Below, one piece after another: positions 14,153 through 24,740 of a stretch of DNA of 26,060 nucleotides. The DNA is from a virus (lineage: Duplodnaviria > Caudoviricetes). Each line of letters starts with the position of its first letter. The stretch's first letter is position 1. Both the position numbers and the translations under genes were made by a program. Location of the stretch: positions 1 to 26,060 of the IMG/VR virus record IMGVR_UViG_3300020042_006220; one strand, 5' to 3'. The notes under the pieces are model-generated. The model worked only from the letters and a program-made list of their open reading frames with translations. It had not been told where the DNA came from and did no database searches.

Positions 14153-15544
14153 CTATCTCGGTGGAGGAACAGCGCCGGTAGGCTTTGCTCGTTTAAACAA
14201 TTCACGGGCTTCTGGGCTATCAAGTGTACCGGAGCTTAAAGTGCCACCAGACATTCCTTGTTTGAATTGCCCTATTCCTGGGATGTAATCAGTAGCAATG
14301 TCACCACTACGCAGCAAGAATTCAGGAATGGATTTTGCATTAGCCAACTCAGAAAGCGACAAGCCTAAGCCAGCAATACCACCAACTTTCAAAGCCTTGC
14401 CTAACTTCCCATAGTTACCAGCGTCTGCCTCTGCTGGAAGTTTTTCCATTAAAGCAGGAACATCACTAATAGGAATTCCTTGAGCCAATTTCTTGTTCAA
14501 TTTTAAATAATTATCATAATCGCCAATAGGTTTGCCATTGTTGAATTTCTCCAGAATGGCTTTTCTACCTTCAGCGCCATAGGTGTTGTACAAATTATTG
14601 TCACCAGCACCAAAGCCTGGAAGAAATGTTGTTCCTTCCTTGGTCAGTTTTTGCCAAGTCTCGGGGGTATCTTTATAAGATATCGTAGTTTTTGCAGCGC
14701 GTTGTTTTGGAGAAGCAGCAACCGGTTTTACTGGTGTTTCAACCTGAGCTTTGGCAATTTCAACAGGCGGTGGCATAGGAGCCTTGGCACTTGAGCCACC
14801 AGGGCCTCCTTGTTGTCCAGGCAATGTAGCCCTTGTAATGCCGTTTTCAGGCATAGGAGGAGGAACTTTTGCAGCCGCTTCAGGAGCAGGGCCTTCACCC
14901 CATTGACTGAATGTAGATAGCTTGGGCTCTGCTACAGGGGCCACAGGAGCCACTACAGGGGCTACAGGGGCAGTTACAGGTGGTGGCAACCCAGCAGCCC
15001 TTGCCGCTACATCAGCAGGGGTCAGGTTAACAGGCTGTGGAACCATTGAGGTTTTAATCGCATCAGCTACTTGTGCTTGTGCCTGAGCTTTTGATTGCAT
15101 GTCTTGCAATTGAAATTCAAGCTTGTCTGCCCTCAGTTTTGCAGCCCGTAGTTGTTGTTCTTTGATGCTGTCTGTTGTGCTAGGCGCAGTAAGGCCATCA
15201 CCCTCAAAAGTAGGATCAATACGAACAGGCTCATTACCTCGATTGCGAAAGTAATCAATGCCCTTTTTTGCTGCCAAGGCTCCAGCACCACCGGCTCCTA
15301 CAGCAAGAGGAACAACCATCCATTCAGGGATACCAAATGATTCAGCTTCCTTTTTTGTTTTTTCCTCTTGCCTTTTTTGGGTGTTTTGTTCAATAAATTG
15401 TTCTGTTGCAGAACCAAATCCTGTAGGCGCAGATGTTGCTGGTGCAGTTACAGCAGTAGGTTGAGCTTTTTTTGTTGCAGGAACAGCTTTAGAAGAACTA
15501 GGTTCTTCAGCAATAACATCACCTGTGTATTCTTTAAAAGCCAT
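14153..15544 (-). CDS. Probable internal virion / ejection protein
   Basis: Ala/Pro-rich 463 aa with Gly-rich hydrophobic patches; lies between tail and lysis genes. Confidence 0.65.
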   Translation of the reverse strand: MAFKEYTGDVIAEEPSSSKAVPATKKAQPTAVTAPATSAPTGFGSATEQFIEQNTQKRQEEKTKKEAESFGIPEWMVVPLAVGAGGAGALAAKKGIDYFRNRGNEPVRIDPTFEGDGLTAPSTTDSIKEQQLRAAKLRADKLEFQLQDMQSKAQAQAQVADAIKTSMVPQPVNLTPADVAARAAGLPPPVTAPVAPVVAPVAPVAEPKLSTFSQWGEGPAPEAAAKVPPPMPENGITRATLPGQQGGPGGSSAKAPMPPPVEIAKAQVETPVKPVAASPKQRAAKTTISYKDTPETWQKLTKEGTTFLPGFGAGDNNLYNTYGAEGRKAILEKFNNGKPIGDYDNYLKLNKKLAQGIPISDVPALMEKLPAEADAGNYGKLGKALKVGGIAGLGLSLSELANAKSIPEFLLRSGDIATDYIPGIGQFKQGMSGGTLSSGTLDSPEARELFKRAKPTGAVPPPR

Positions 15545-17074
15545 TTATTCCTCCACTACTTGTTTACCCTCAGGGGTGCGATAGACGTCTTTGCCATCTG
15601 GTGTTTTCCCAACTTTCTTGTAACCTTTGGGAATCTGTACAGGTGGTTTAGCAGCGGCTTTGGAAGGTGCAGCAGGAGCAGAAGGTCTTTCAAAACGTGC
15701 TTCATTCATTACGTCTTTAATTCTTGCTCCATACTTACTTTGCAAAGCTTTGTATTCCGGAGTTTTTACAAAATTAGCCTCAATTTCATTAGGCTCAGGA
15801 CGTTGACCCGCACCATAATTTTTGATGGCTTTGTCGTAATAAACCTTAAACTCTTCCATCGCTTCAGCACTAAACATGCCTTGCAATGCTTGTGCGCGAC
15901 CTTGAGACAGCTTGTTTTCAATGTTAAAAGCTGCTGGCAAAGAAAGGAAAGTTGGAGTTCCATCTTTACTTAATTCAGCAGTAGTTCTTGCAATGTTGTC
16001 TGCCAATTCCAAAGAGCGCAACAGCTTAGCTTGCAGATCTCCACTTGCTCCTTTTAATTGTTCAGATTTTAAAATATCAGTTTTGATTGATTTGAGGTCT
16101 TCACTGCGTTGATTGCTGATAGTTTTGGAATCATTCTTTTGCTGCAATTCGCCAAGGCTTTGCGTATCACCTTTGTCATTGGTAATGCCACCTTTACCGT
16201 TAAATGTCCAAACGCCTTCAAGACCTAATTGACTTGCAATAGATTTAGAAACTTGTTCACCACTACGGAACCCAGCATTTTTGCTGAGTTGATCAAGTAC
16301 AGATTTTGTTTCGCCTTGAGACGCAGAAGTACCCTGTGCTTGAGTGTTAAACCGCATTATTCTTGCAAACACATCAGCGGGAATATCACCTTTACGGCTT
16401 TGAAATTCCATCAGGTTGTCATTAATTTCTTGAAATTGAGCGCCTAACACTGGAAATTTTGCAGCCCATGCGTTGTTCTTTTTTTGGTTAGCAAGCAAAG
16501 ATTCTGTTCTTGCCTTGATATCAATGTCAGATACCTTGCCAGCTAAAGTTTCGCCGTAAGCTGTAAAGCCAATTTTTCTGTCGTTGTATTCTTCTGGCAA
16601 TACAGGCTTGCCAGTTTTCAAATCAAGAACTTCTAAGGTTTCGCCCAAAGCATTTACACGCTTTTTAAGCTGAACACCATTGTTGTCAAAAACAATTGTT
16701 TCTTTGACATCGCCACCAGTAATTTGTTTGGCAGCGCCTTCTTTGTCGCCAAGGATATATTTAATAAGAGCAGTGCCCCATTGAGGATTATCAATTGTGC
16801 TTTTCCAAATGTTGACCACTTCTTTACGGCCTTCAGGCGTAGCTACCCCACCCTTTTTTTCCAAAGGATCAATAAGTTGAGCAAATTGCTGTTTGCCTTC
16901 GCCAATTTTGATAGCTGTTGAAGTTGCAGCTTCTGACATGGGTGTGCCAGTTGTATTGGCTGCAATTGTTAACAAAGATCTTTCATCACGATTATTAACA
17001 GCGTTGTTAAAAGCAATCGTGTTGTCAGCCTCAACACGCTCTGCTGGGGCATTTGGAGTAAAAACTTCAGCCAT
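15545..17074 (-). CDS. Probable internal virion / ejection protein
   Basis: 509 aa, helical, Cys-free; position matches podovirus ejection genes. Confidence 0.65.
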   Translation of the reverse strand: MAEVFTPNAPAERVEADNTIAFNNAVNNRDERSLLTIAANTTGTPMSEAATSTAIKIGEGKQQFAQLIDPLEKKGGVATPEGRKEVVNIWKSTIDNPQWGTALIKYILGDKEGAAKQITGGDVKETIVFDNNGVQLKKRVNALGETLEVLDLKTGKPVLPEEYNDRKIGFTAYGETLAGKVSDIDIKARTESLLANQKKNNAWAAKFPVLGAQFQEINDNLMEFQSRKGDIPADVFARIMRFNTQAQGTSASQGETKSVLDQLSKNAGFRSGEQVSKSIASQLGLEGVWTFNGKGGITNDKGDTQSLGELQQKNDSKTISNQRSEDLKSIKTDILKSEQLKGASGDLQAKLLRSLELADNIARTTAELSKDGTPTFLSLPAAFNIENKLSQGRAQALQGMFSAEAMEEFKVYYDKAIKNYGAGQRPEPNEIEANFVKTPEYKALQSKYGARIKDVMNEARFERPSAPAAPSKAAAKPPVQIPKGYKKVGKTPDGKDVYRTPEGKQVVEE

Positions 17075-17085
17075 TTTAAAAACCT

Positions 17086-17487
17086 TTACTGTCTGATCAT
17101 TCCACTACGCAAAACATCCAATGCCTCATCATCAGTAACCGGAGAAGGAAGAGTTGTACCAAATGAAGGTAGAGGTTGTGTAAAAATATTTGGATTGTTA
17201 ACAGGAAAAGGAATAGCACCTGGAGGAACCATTGCACCCATAGGGGCTGGAACAGCAGCAGGAACAGCACCAGTAGCAGCCGTAGGAACAGCAGCACCAG
17301 GTACAGCAGCTTTAGGTACAGCGCCTACTTCAGCCTTTTTCTTATCCATGAAGCCTTGAAGGCCACTGGCATTTAAAAGATAGGCGGTTCCAAAAGCTTT
17401 GATCGCCTCACCAATTTTGTCACCCATGCCTGTCTCAGCTCCCATGTAGCTAAGACCAAGGTTGCCAAACGGATTAGTAGTAGCCAT
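17086..17487 (-). CDS. Pro/Ala-rich virion protein
   Basis: (G/A)AVP repeats. Confidence 0.7.
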   Translation of the reverse strand: MATTNPFGNLGLSYMGAETGMGDKIGEAIKAFGTAYLLNASGLQGFMDKKKAEVGAVPKAAVPGAAVPTAATGAVPAAVPAPMGAMVPPGAIPFPVNNPNIFTQPLPSFGTTLPSPVTDDEALDVLRSGMIRQ

Positions 17488-17496
17488 ATATCACCC

Positions 17497-18201
17497 TTAA
17501 ATTTTCATACTCTTACCTTGACTTGTACCACCTTGAGTACCAGCAAAGTTAGGCGTAGTAGAAGCTTGTGGAGTGCCAAACACCACTTGAGCATATTTAG
17601 CATAAAGGTCTTGTGGCGTTCCAGCAAGACCCACTCGACCAGCAGCAGCCGTTTGAGCGCCTGTTAAACCAGTTTGACCAGCTTGTAGCAGTGCTTGTGA
17701 TGCAGCAGCCTTGTTAGCCTGTACACCAGCCCTAGCAGCAGCCGCAGCCGTAGCTTGACGCTGTGCATTAAGACCGGACAAGTTTCTATCAGCAAGTGCC
17801 ATACGAGCACTACCAAGACTGCCAGCACCACCATACATGGCATTCTGACCAGCTTGAGATTCACGGGCAGATTCACGGCCAGCTTGCAAAGAAGCTTCAA
17901 CTTGTTCTTGTTCGTATTGTGGGTCAAATAAACCAGCTAGACCTGTAGCACCTGTTAAAGCACTACCGGCTCCAATAGCTTCTTGTAGACCACCAGTACG
18001 ACTTGCAACATTCATTGCATTTTCTGCTGCCGGTAAGGCCAGATTTCTTGTTTGGCTTAATACATCTTTAGCCCCACCAAGTGTTTCTTTGTATGCGGGG
18101 TATGCTGTGCCCGTTAGGAAGTCAGTTTGAGCGCCAAGCAGCCTCTGCTGCTCAGGGGTCATTTGTACTTGTGTACTTTGCGAACCTTTACTTGCACCCA
18201 T
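17497..18201 (-). CDS. Ala/Gly/Gln-rich DNA-transfer (pilot) protein, P22 gp7-like composition
   Basis: MGASKGSQST..MTPEQ N-terminus; AGQ-rich helices. Confidence 0.65.
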   Translation of the reverse strand: MGASKGSQSTQVQMTPEQQRLLGAQTDFLTGTAYPAYKETLGGAKDVLSQTRNLALPAAENAMNVASRTGGLQEAIGAGSALTGATGLAGLFDPQYEQEQVEASLQAGRESARESQAGQNAMYGGAGSLGSARMALADRNLSGLNAQRQATAAAAARAGVQANKAAASQALLQAGQTGLTGAQTAAAGRVGLAGTPQDLYAKYAQVVFGTPQASTTPNFAGTQGGTSQGKSMKI

Positions 18202-18203
18202 GA

Positions 18204-18563
18204 TTACGCTCCTTTACCTTTACCACCCATAGAGTAGTTGTTTGTCAGTGGGCTTGGCAATTTGGATGATGCCGTTGAAGAGCCCTTGCCATATGGCATC
18301 TGCTTTTGAATCGATTGCTGTGGATTATCCCACTGATTGATCGTATTTGGGTAAGCCATGCCTCTGCGTTGACCATAGCCATCAGCTTCTGACCCGCCCA
18401 TAATTGTATTTTGAGCGTCATTAGGCTGAGGCATTACAGCCGGTTGCATTTGAGGCCCCCCTGTTTGGGGATCTCCATATTTAGGCTGGGCATTAGCTAC
18501 TGAAGCTATTAAGCCCTTACCGCTTCCTGGCGTTGGTGAAGATTGTCGTGTAGAACCACCCAT
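18204..18563 (-). CDS. Low-complexity virion-associated protein with GKG motifs
   Basis: AAGGGG RBS; start moved to 18563; GSGKG, YGKG, GGKGKG. Confidence 0.65.
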   Translation of the reverse strand: MGGSTRQSSPTPGSGKGLIASVANAQPKYGDPQTGGPQMQPAVMPQPNDAQNTIMGGSEADGYGQRRGMAYPNTINQWDNPQQSIQKQMPYGKGSSTASSKLPSPLTNNYSMGGKGKGA

Positions 18564-18574
18564 AATTATCCCCT

Positions 18575-19144
18575 TTAAGCTGTTCGTTTCCACATATATA
18601 CAGTGATATATGGCTGGTAGTTACCGTTTGTGCCTGAAGAACCTGTGGTGCTGTTGGTCACTGAAATGCCAGTAGACGCAGTACTTGTTGATACTGATTG
18701 AGGATATGGAACAGACTGACTGCCACCCTGTGTGTAGCCAACCTGTCCTAATGGACGATCATAGGTGTGTGCGTGACCTGGATCAGAAACACTAGCTGTG
18801 TGGGTGTGGCTGACAACAATAGCGTCTGCACTACCACCGGTTTCTTCAAGAGTATCAAATAATGGATTACCGGCATTCAAGCCCACCATTACTCGACCAG
18901 CACCAAAGGCAGTCCAAGTACCAAAGCCAAACAAAGTGGCTGGGTTAGTGGCTACTCCCGCATTGATGTAGATAGATCCTACAGGGTAAAGTGAGGGCCC
19001 TAGTACGGCAATAGCACCAGCAACCGTAGTTGCGCCAGTTCCACCTTTGGCAACAGGAACGGCAGAATTAAGAGCGTTAGGGCTAACTCCACCAGCACTG
19101 TCTAAGTTGTTGGAAAAGTTGCCTAAATTAATTGCTTGCGTCAT
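18575..19144 (-). CDS. Short tail-fibre/collar protein with T4 gp10-C-terminal-like domain
   Basis: YPVGSIY..NPATLFGFGTW..GRVMVG..SHTH..QPYITVYMWKRTA. Confidence 0.85.
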   Translation of the reverse strand: MTQAINLGNFSNNLDSAGGVSPNALNSAVPVAKGGTGATTVAGAIAVLGPSLYPVGSIYINAGVATNPATLFGFGTWTAFGAGRVMVGLNAGNPLFDTLEETGGSADAIVVSHTHTASVSDPGHAHTYDRPLGQVGYTQGGSQSVPYPQSVSTSTASTGISVTNSTTGSSGTNGNYQPYITVYMWKRTA

Positions 19145-21303
19145 TTTTTGCCTTTGAGTAATTTAATGTCAGATTTCAACTTTTTAATCTCTTTTCTCAT
19201 TTCAGCGAACATTTCATGCATTGTAGGTTGATGTTCAATAAACACAGGCATGTCCATACCAGCAACACCAGCAGAGTTCAAAGAAGACACAGAAGCCTCA
19301 CCTGAACTGGCAAATGAGCAAAACTGGGATGGTTGACCAGAATAGCCTAGACCACCAATTAGCGTGTAATTGAAAGAAAGCGTTCCGGCTCCAGGTATTG
19401 TGTAATCAGCAGAAGGCCGCAACAAAACACCGTTAAACCAAATCAAAGAAGAGTTTCTGAAAAAGGATGTAGGGAATACTATGTTTGAACTTGAAGACTG
19501 TGTTTCTGTGTAATTCTCTGAAAAAATCAAAGCATTTTTATTGTTAAATGCAAAAGAAACAATTCCTAAATCTCCACCTACGGCTGGTTGTTTTAGAATA
19601 TAACCTTGATTATTACCAACATATGTGTAATCACTGTCAACAAGCAAAACGCCATTCAAGAAAAGTAGTTCAGATCCATCTGCAAAAGCAGTTGTAATTT
19701 CAGTTTGACCAGCAGTTAATGCTACAAATGAAGTGACAAATGGAGTTTGGTCTAAAGATGTAGCTGCTGAAATTAGCCTGATGTAATAGGCTGCGACAAC
19801 ATCATTTACTGTACATGCGTCAGTCAATGTAAAGTTGGTTGTTGTCCTTGTGTAATCAGTCCCTGGCTTTAAAAACAAACCATTTCTAAAAACCATCAAT
19901 TGATTGGTCTGGTTGTTTGAGAAAGTAAATACCGTTTGACCAGCAGTTGCATAAGTGATCATGGAACTGTATCGAACCTGATCTATAGCACCAATTTGCT
20001 GAACACGGCCAAACTGGTCAACAACAATCTCAGCGGTACTAGCCGGATCAAATGTAAACCCGTTAGTAGTCTTACCCTGACCATACGGATCAAGGTTCAA
20101 ATTAATAACGCCATTTGCAGTTGATGTTGCGTAACCAATACGTCCATCAGCAGGACTTGTAATGTCAGTAACAACTGTGCCTGTTCTGGCATACACATCT
20201 ACATACGGAATGTCTGAATCAGTTTGATACAAAGCATTGTGCCAACCACTTGAGTCAGGGGCTTGCAATGTCAGGCTGAATTGGACATTGTTACCTGTTG
20301 CAGATCTAGTCCATAAATTTACATCAGTAACAAACGTACCCCCAGCAGAAAACCATGTGTAATCTAATGGGTTGTTGTCAAAGGTTAAAACATCAGAAGA
20401 TTGCAATCCGTAGAATGTTTTCCCTGCTGGATCAGTTGTACTTGCGGTTCCATTAATGTCATTGGAATATCTAATCAGCATGTACCTGAACGGCGACTGA
20501 ATGATCAATGGAGTTTCAGAAATTACTGCAACTGTGTTGATCGCACCCAATGTCAATACATCCAGATTGACAGCATCTGCTGTGTATGGGATATATCCTA
20601 ATGGCTGGAAAGTAGCTGGCTCAATAGATACATTGCGGCCACCATACACACGGTAAAAGACTTTGTCTGTTGTGCCAAATGCCCAGGGCGACCATTCAAA
20701 TAATGTTGGGTCTGTAATGACAGTTGGCTCATCTCCAGTAGCAATTCCATAGTAGGTTGCGTTTGTTGGAGAAGAACTAAATCCAGCAGTGCCAATTGAA
20801 TTGGTAGCGTACCGGATAGTCATGTACTGTTTGTAGCCAACAAATGCACCGTCCAAATCAATGGAACGATTAGGAGCAACAATCCACAATGGGTTGCTGT
20901 CTGGTGCATTTTCAGACACAGCGTAACTGATGCTTCGGCCACCTTGGACAAGAATCCAAAGTAATTTAGAACCACCAAAACCATTGGTTACTTGAAACCA
21001 AGTGTATGAAGCAGGGTTTGTGTCTTCCGCAGCAGTATTGTCATTGCGGATACCAAAAAACAACTTACCAGCAGGGTTGTCGCTGAAGTTAGCACCAGCA
21101 ACACTATCAGCGTATTTGATGTCTATATATCGGTATTGATATGAAAGAATGTCCCCATATGAATTGGAAATAAACCCAGTAGTCGTATTGTTGGAAACGG
21201 CTAATGATTGGGCGGGAATGCCTGAATTCAGGTTAACAAGGATGTAGTTAACCGCCTCAGCTAATTCGCTAACTGTAGGATTGCCGTCAAGAGCGAAAGG
21301 CAT
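19141..21303 (-). CDS. Large tail structural protein with two sets of three internal repeats
   Basis: Three I(K/R)Y..FS..P....Y/FG..P..(Y/F)xW repeats, three NG(V/L)xL...DYT repeats, C-terminal coiled coil. Confidence 0.75.
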   Translation of the reverse strand: MPFALDGNPTVSELAEAVNYILVNLNSGIPAQSLAVSNNTTTGFISNSYGDILSYQYRYIDIKYADSVAGANFSDNPAGKLFFGIRNDNTAAEDTNPASYTWFQVTNGFGGSKLLWILVQGGRSISYAVSENAPDSNPLWIVAPNRSIDLDGAFVGYKQYMTIRYATNSIGTAGFSSSPTNATYYGIATGDEPTVITDPTLFEWSPWAFGTTDKVFYRVYGGRNVSIEPATFQPLGYIPYTADAVNLDVLTLGAINTVAVISETPLIIQSPFRYMLIRYSNDINGTASTTDPAGKTFYGLQSSDVLTFDNNPLDYTWFSAGGTFVTDVNLWTRSATGNNVQFSLTLQAPDSSGWHNALYQTDSDIPYVDVYARTGTVVTDITSPADGRIGYATSTANGVINLNLDPYGQGKTTNGFTFDPASTAEIVVDQFGRVQQIGAIDQVRYSSMITYATAGQTVFTFSNNQTNQLMVFRNGLFLKPGTDYTRTTTNFTLTDACTVNDVVAAYYIRLISAATSLDQTPFVTSFVALTAGQTEITTAFADGSELLFLNGVLLVDSDYTYVGNNQGYILKQPAVGGDLGIVSFAFNNKNALIFSENYTETQSSSSNIVFPTSFFRNSSLIWFNGVLLRPSADYTIPGAGTLSFNYTLIGGLGYSGQPSQFCSFASSGEASVSSLNSAGVAGMDMPVFIEHQPTMHEMFAEMRKEIKKLKSDIKLLKGKK

Positions 21304-22922
21304 TAGAAGGAATCCTCAACAAGGGTTGCTTGGAAGTTAAGGGCAGTCACATTCCAAGTGTTAACAGCATCATTAGACTCAATTTTGACAGCAACCGTTC
21401 TTACATTGTTTTGCTGAGTAGTCACCCAGGGCGTATCCGTAACAATGTCAACAGTGCCTACTTGACCGTATGTGGGCGTTTGAGCAGTGGAATTCGCACC
21501 ACCAACAGTAATGTTGATTGTTCCAGTACCAGAGACTTCAGGCAGCATCCTGTGGATGTAGACCTTGGAACTGTACGGTACAGGGCCCTTGTCTGTTGAC
21601 AAAGACATGTTGGTACGTTCAAACAACGCTGGAATAGGCGCTGAGTTGATAAAACTGTTGCCTACGTTAGTTTGTATCAAACTCTGGCTTGCAGTGCTTC
21701 CACGGGCGTATGTGACCGTTCTAGAGGCATATTTAAAGGCCCCATTGATGAACACTGGTGACTCTGTGGCATGGCAAGCATTTGCAATGGTTTTTGGAGC
21801 ATTCCACAGCATTAGGTCATAGCGCCAGGACAGCATCTTGTTGCACCAGCCAGTAGAGTCCAAATCAGGATAGTAGATCTCAATCTGGTTTTTCTGGGTA
21901 TTGTTGACCATGAAAATACGGTCAGAATAGGTCGGGCTTAAATTCCGGTAAAAGTAATCCCGTACCTTTTGGTTGCCCAAAGGAGTGAACTGGTTTCCAT
22001 CAAACACCCAGATATCACGGCTATCCACACCGTAGACATTAGAATCAGTGTTAGACCAGCAGTTATTGTTGATCAAACCCCTGCCTTGGTTGTACAACCG
22101 GACACCAAATATCGGTGCTGTTGTAGATTGGTAGGCAATGGGAGTCATTACTGCGGTATCCCAATAGCTGCAAAGGTAAAAGTTTGCACCCAAAAAGAAA
22201 CCATCAACCAATGGGCCCCTAACAGGAACCTCTTGCTCATTGGCAATGTTTGAAAGAGTAGGCTCCCAAGTAGCAGGAACACCTGTATTAGCAAAAGCTT
22301 GTGACCACCTGATGGTGGTTGGATAGTTAACAGTTGTACCTGTAGCAGTGAAATCTTTTGTCAGGTTCCCAGCAACGAGGATGTTTCCCACATTGGGAGA
22401 GCAGAAGTTGCGTACAAACCCTGCACGGGTAGCAGAAACGCCAACATCATAGTTCCACACATAGTTATCAGGTGCAGCATCATAAAGATAGATTTCTGTT
22501 GCTGTTGGAAGGTAATACATCGGAGCGCGTAAACCGTCATCAATAAAAAATACTGTTCCAACACAGGAACTTGTAATGTTTGTATTGTCAGAGTAGCCAG
22601 ACAAGGCCACATTGGGATTAGCACCCACACCTGGGGTAATGTTAGTCACACCAGAGGCGGTAACCATGTACCACTTGCCTTCACGGGTAGCTACGATATA
22701 AACCCAGACAGATTGAGATCTAAAGCCGCCATCGATAAAAATAGGGTTACCTGGAATGACAGACAGGATTTCCTGCTCACCATAAATTTTCTTAATACCA
22801 CGAACATCAGCCTCTACGTTCAGGCCGTTGTTGTATTCAGTTGGCCCAAGCGCATTGCTAGGAACGTCAGGAGTAAATGACATTCCAGCAAATGGAGAAC
22901 GAAGTCTTGTGTAATCAGCCAT
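21303..22922 (-). CDS. Tail hub / DNA stabilisation protein (P22 gp10-like beta-propeller)
   Basis: 539 aa, beta-rich; TIRWS, IWVFDG..LGNQKVRDYF, EIYYP; position. Confidence 0.7.
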   Translation of the reverse strand: MADYTRLRSPFAGMSFTPDVPSNALGPTEYNNGLNVEADVRGIKKIYGEQEILSVIPGNPIFIDGGFRSQSVWVYIVATREGKWYMVTASGVTNITPGVGANPNVALSGYSDNTNITSSCVGTVFFIDDGLRAPMYYLPTATEIYLYDAAPDNYVWNYDVGVSATRAGFVRNFCSPNVGNILVAGNLTKDFTATGTTVNYPTTIRWSQAFANTGVPATWEPTLSNIANEQEVPVRGPLVDGFFLGANFYLCSYWDTAVMTPIAYQSTTAPIFGVRLYNQGRGLINNNCWSNTDSNVYGVDSRDIWVFDGNQFTPLGNQKVRDYFYRNLSPTYSDRIFMVNNTQKNQIEIYYPDLDSTGWCNKMLSWRYDLMLWNAPKTIANACHATESPVFINGAFKYASRTVTYARGSTASQSLIQTNVGNSFINSAPIPALFERTNMSLSTDKGPVPYSSKVYIHRMLPEVSGTGTINITVGGANSTAQTPTYGQVGTVDIVTDTPWVTTQQNNVRTVAVKIESNDAVNTWNVTALNFQATLVEDSF

Positions 22923-22954
22923 AAATGTCTCAGGTTCGGGGTATTTTCGCAGGT

Positions 22955-23110
22955 TTACGGCGTACTGTCAGCAGGTTCGGGCGTGTTGCCCTCTGCCAGC
23001 CACTTCAAGTACTCTTGGTAGTCTGTGTTGGCTGGGTCGAAGGGGATGCAAGCGCAATCTTCTGTGCGTTGAACCAATTTATCGCCGTTAATTTCTAGTA
23101 ATTTGTACAT
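22955..23110 (-). CDS. Tail-fibre-associated chaperone-like peptide, 51 aa (not in ORF track)
   Basis: [31 protein letters not shown], directly after the fibre gene. Confidence 0.85.
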   Translation of the reverse strand: MYKLLEINGDKLVQRTEDCACIPFDPANTDYQEYLKWLAEGNTPEPADSTP

Positions 23111-23111
23111 T

Positions 23112-24227
23112 TTACAACTCCGCGCTGGCTACCCAGCCATACTGAAAAGGATTATTGGCATCGCCCCCGCTGGGAATAAAACTTCTTTCGCCAATAAAAG
23201 CCGCTGCCCCATTGGTAAATATAAAACCATCTACGGATTTTCTAACTCTGCCAACAGCCGGACTTGTTAACGGGGCGTAGATTGAAACTGTTGGCGCGGT
23301 TCGCATTGGCACAGTAAAATTAACGGATGCGGCATTAACAGAGTTGCAGTTTGTAAATTGTGCCCCTGTTTGTGTAACAGACAAGCTATCAGGACTAGCT
23401 GGCGTACCACCACTTTGAAATGAAGTTGTAAAATACCGTTGTGCTAATTGCAGTTCCGTCCCATATGGCCGGTAGTCAAACGATGTGGCTGTGCTGCCTT
23501 TTTCAAGCTGTACGCCTGTGATGTAGAAAGTTGCTCCGTTTGTGCCGACTACGCTGGTTGCGCCTGTGGCTGATACATAAAATCCAGACTGCCATGAACC
23601 AGCAGTAGTGCTGACAGATGAGCCAGCACCAATGCTCAAATACAGAAAAATGCCACCGTTGTTATCTTTAGCCCAAGAGCCTGTAGTATCGCCAGCAATA
23701 GTTATGGTTTTATATTCCCAAGTGTTTGCAGAAGATATTGTGTAGGTGAATGCGTAACTTCTATCCCCAGCGTTATTTCCTACCGCACCACCAAATGTTC
23801 CGGTTAAGCTAGAACGAACCCAAAAAGATATGGTAACGGTTGAAGCACCAGCCGCCCCCCATCCCAAGTCAGCAACATTCAAACCTTCAATGGGAAATCC
23901 GACCATAAAGCGGTCAGTAGAACCTGCCGTGTAAGCAGAAGAAGATGTCGCGCCGACATAGTTAATAAATCCGCTTGGAGGTGTTACTGAACCAGCATTT
24001 TGTTGGACTGTAAATTTAGAAGTTTGCGTGTAGTAAATTTTGCATCTATCTACTGCATAAATAGAAGTCCCGCTTGAAGTGCTAACACTCGCCCCAGCAT
24101 TCCTCTGGTCAATCACACACCCTCCATTGATTATACGATTTTTAAAACCGAAACCAGTTGCGGCTGTTTTCTGAACAGATAGATCAGGGTATGTAACCCC
24201 ATTTGTTCCATCTACGCTAATAGACAT
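23112..24227 (-). CDS. Tail fibre / receptor-binding protein with carbohydrate-binding-like domain
   Basis: [52 protein letters not shown]; AAGGAG RBS. Confidence 0.88.
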   Translation of the reverse strand: MSISVDGTNGVTYPDLSVQKTAATGFGFKNRIINGGCVIDQRNAGASVSTSSGTSIYAVDRCKIYYTQTSKFTVQQNAGSVTPPSGFINYVGATSSSAYTAGSTDRFMVGFPIEGLNVADLGWGAAGASTVTISFWVRSSLTGTFGGAVGNNAGDRSYAFTYTISSANTWEYKTITIAGDTTGSWAKDNNGGIFLYLSIGAGSSVSTTAGSWQSGFYVSATGATSVVGTNGATFYITGVQLEKGSTATSFDYRPYGTELQLAQRYFTTSFQSGGTPASPDSLSVTQTGAQFTNCNSVNAASVNFTVPMRTAPTVSIYAPLTSPAVGRVRKSVDGFIFTNGAAAFIGERSFIPSGGDANNPFQYGWVASAEL

Positions 24228-24739
24228 GCTTGCTCCTTGCGTTGTTTATGCCATGCTTTGATTGATTCAGAGCGTTTAAGTTTAGTAGCATCAGACTGCA
24301 CTTGATTCTTGTGACTTTCTGACATTTTAGTTCTGCTCTCAGCAGAAGCCTTCTTACCTTTGTTTGGATGAACTGGAACATTAGCCCAATGGCGTTTCTG
24401 TTGTTCACTCATCTTCTTGCGTGTTTCTAAAGAAACTGTTCTACCTAAGTTTGGCTTATGGCTAACAATCTTACCTCGTCTACCACCATCTTCTAAGTTG
24501 TAGCCTAGTGGAGTCTTAGTAGCAAGTACAGCAATCCAAAACTTCTCAAAGCAATCCATCTGCATTTCAGATAATTCACCTTCAGTTAAACAAGCATACT
24601 CAAACGAATAAAAGCCATGCTTTTTGTAGGCTTTCTTCATTGCGTGTCCATGCCCATGCCGTGAATGCTTTGTAATTGTTTGACCAACATATTGTTTATT
24701 GTTAATCAAATTAGTAACACAGTAGATACGTCCGTACAT
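24212..24739 (-). mobile_element. Free-standing GIY-YIG homing endonuclease with NUMOD3-like repeats
   Basis: GRIYCVTNLINNKQYVGQT, EKFWI..GYNLEDGG, and repeats SLETRKKMS / SAESRTKMSESH / SDATKLKRS; start at 24739. Confidence 0.9.
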
Positions 24740-24740
24740 A

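Noticed and set aside
15542-15547. In-frame TAA-ATG abutments suggesting readthrough fusions (also 12107-12112 and 6574-6579)
   Set aside because: TAA is a strong stop used normally throughout; simple translational coupling explains it.
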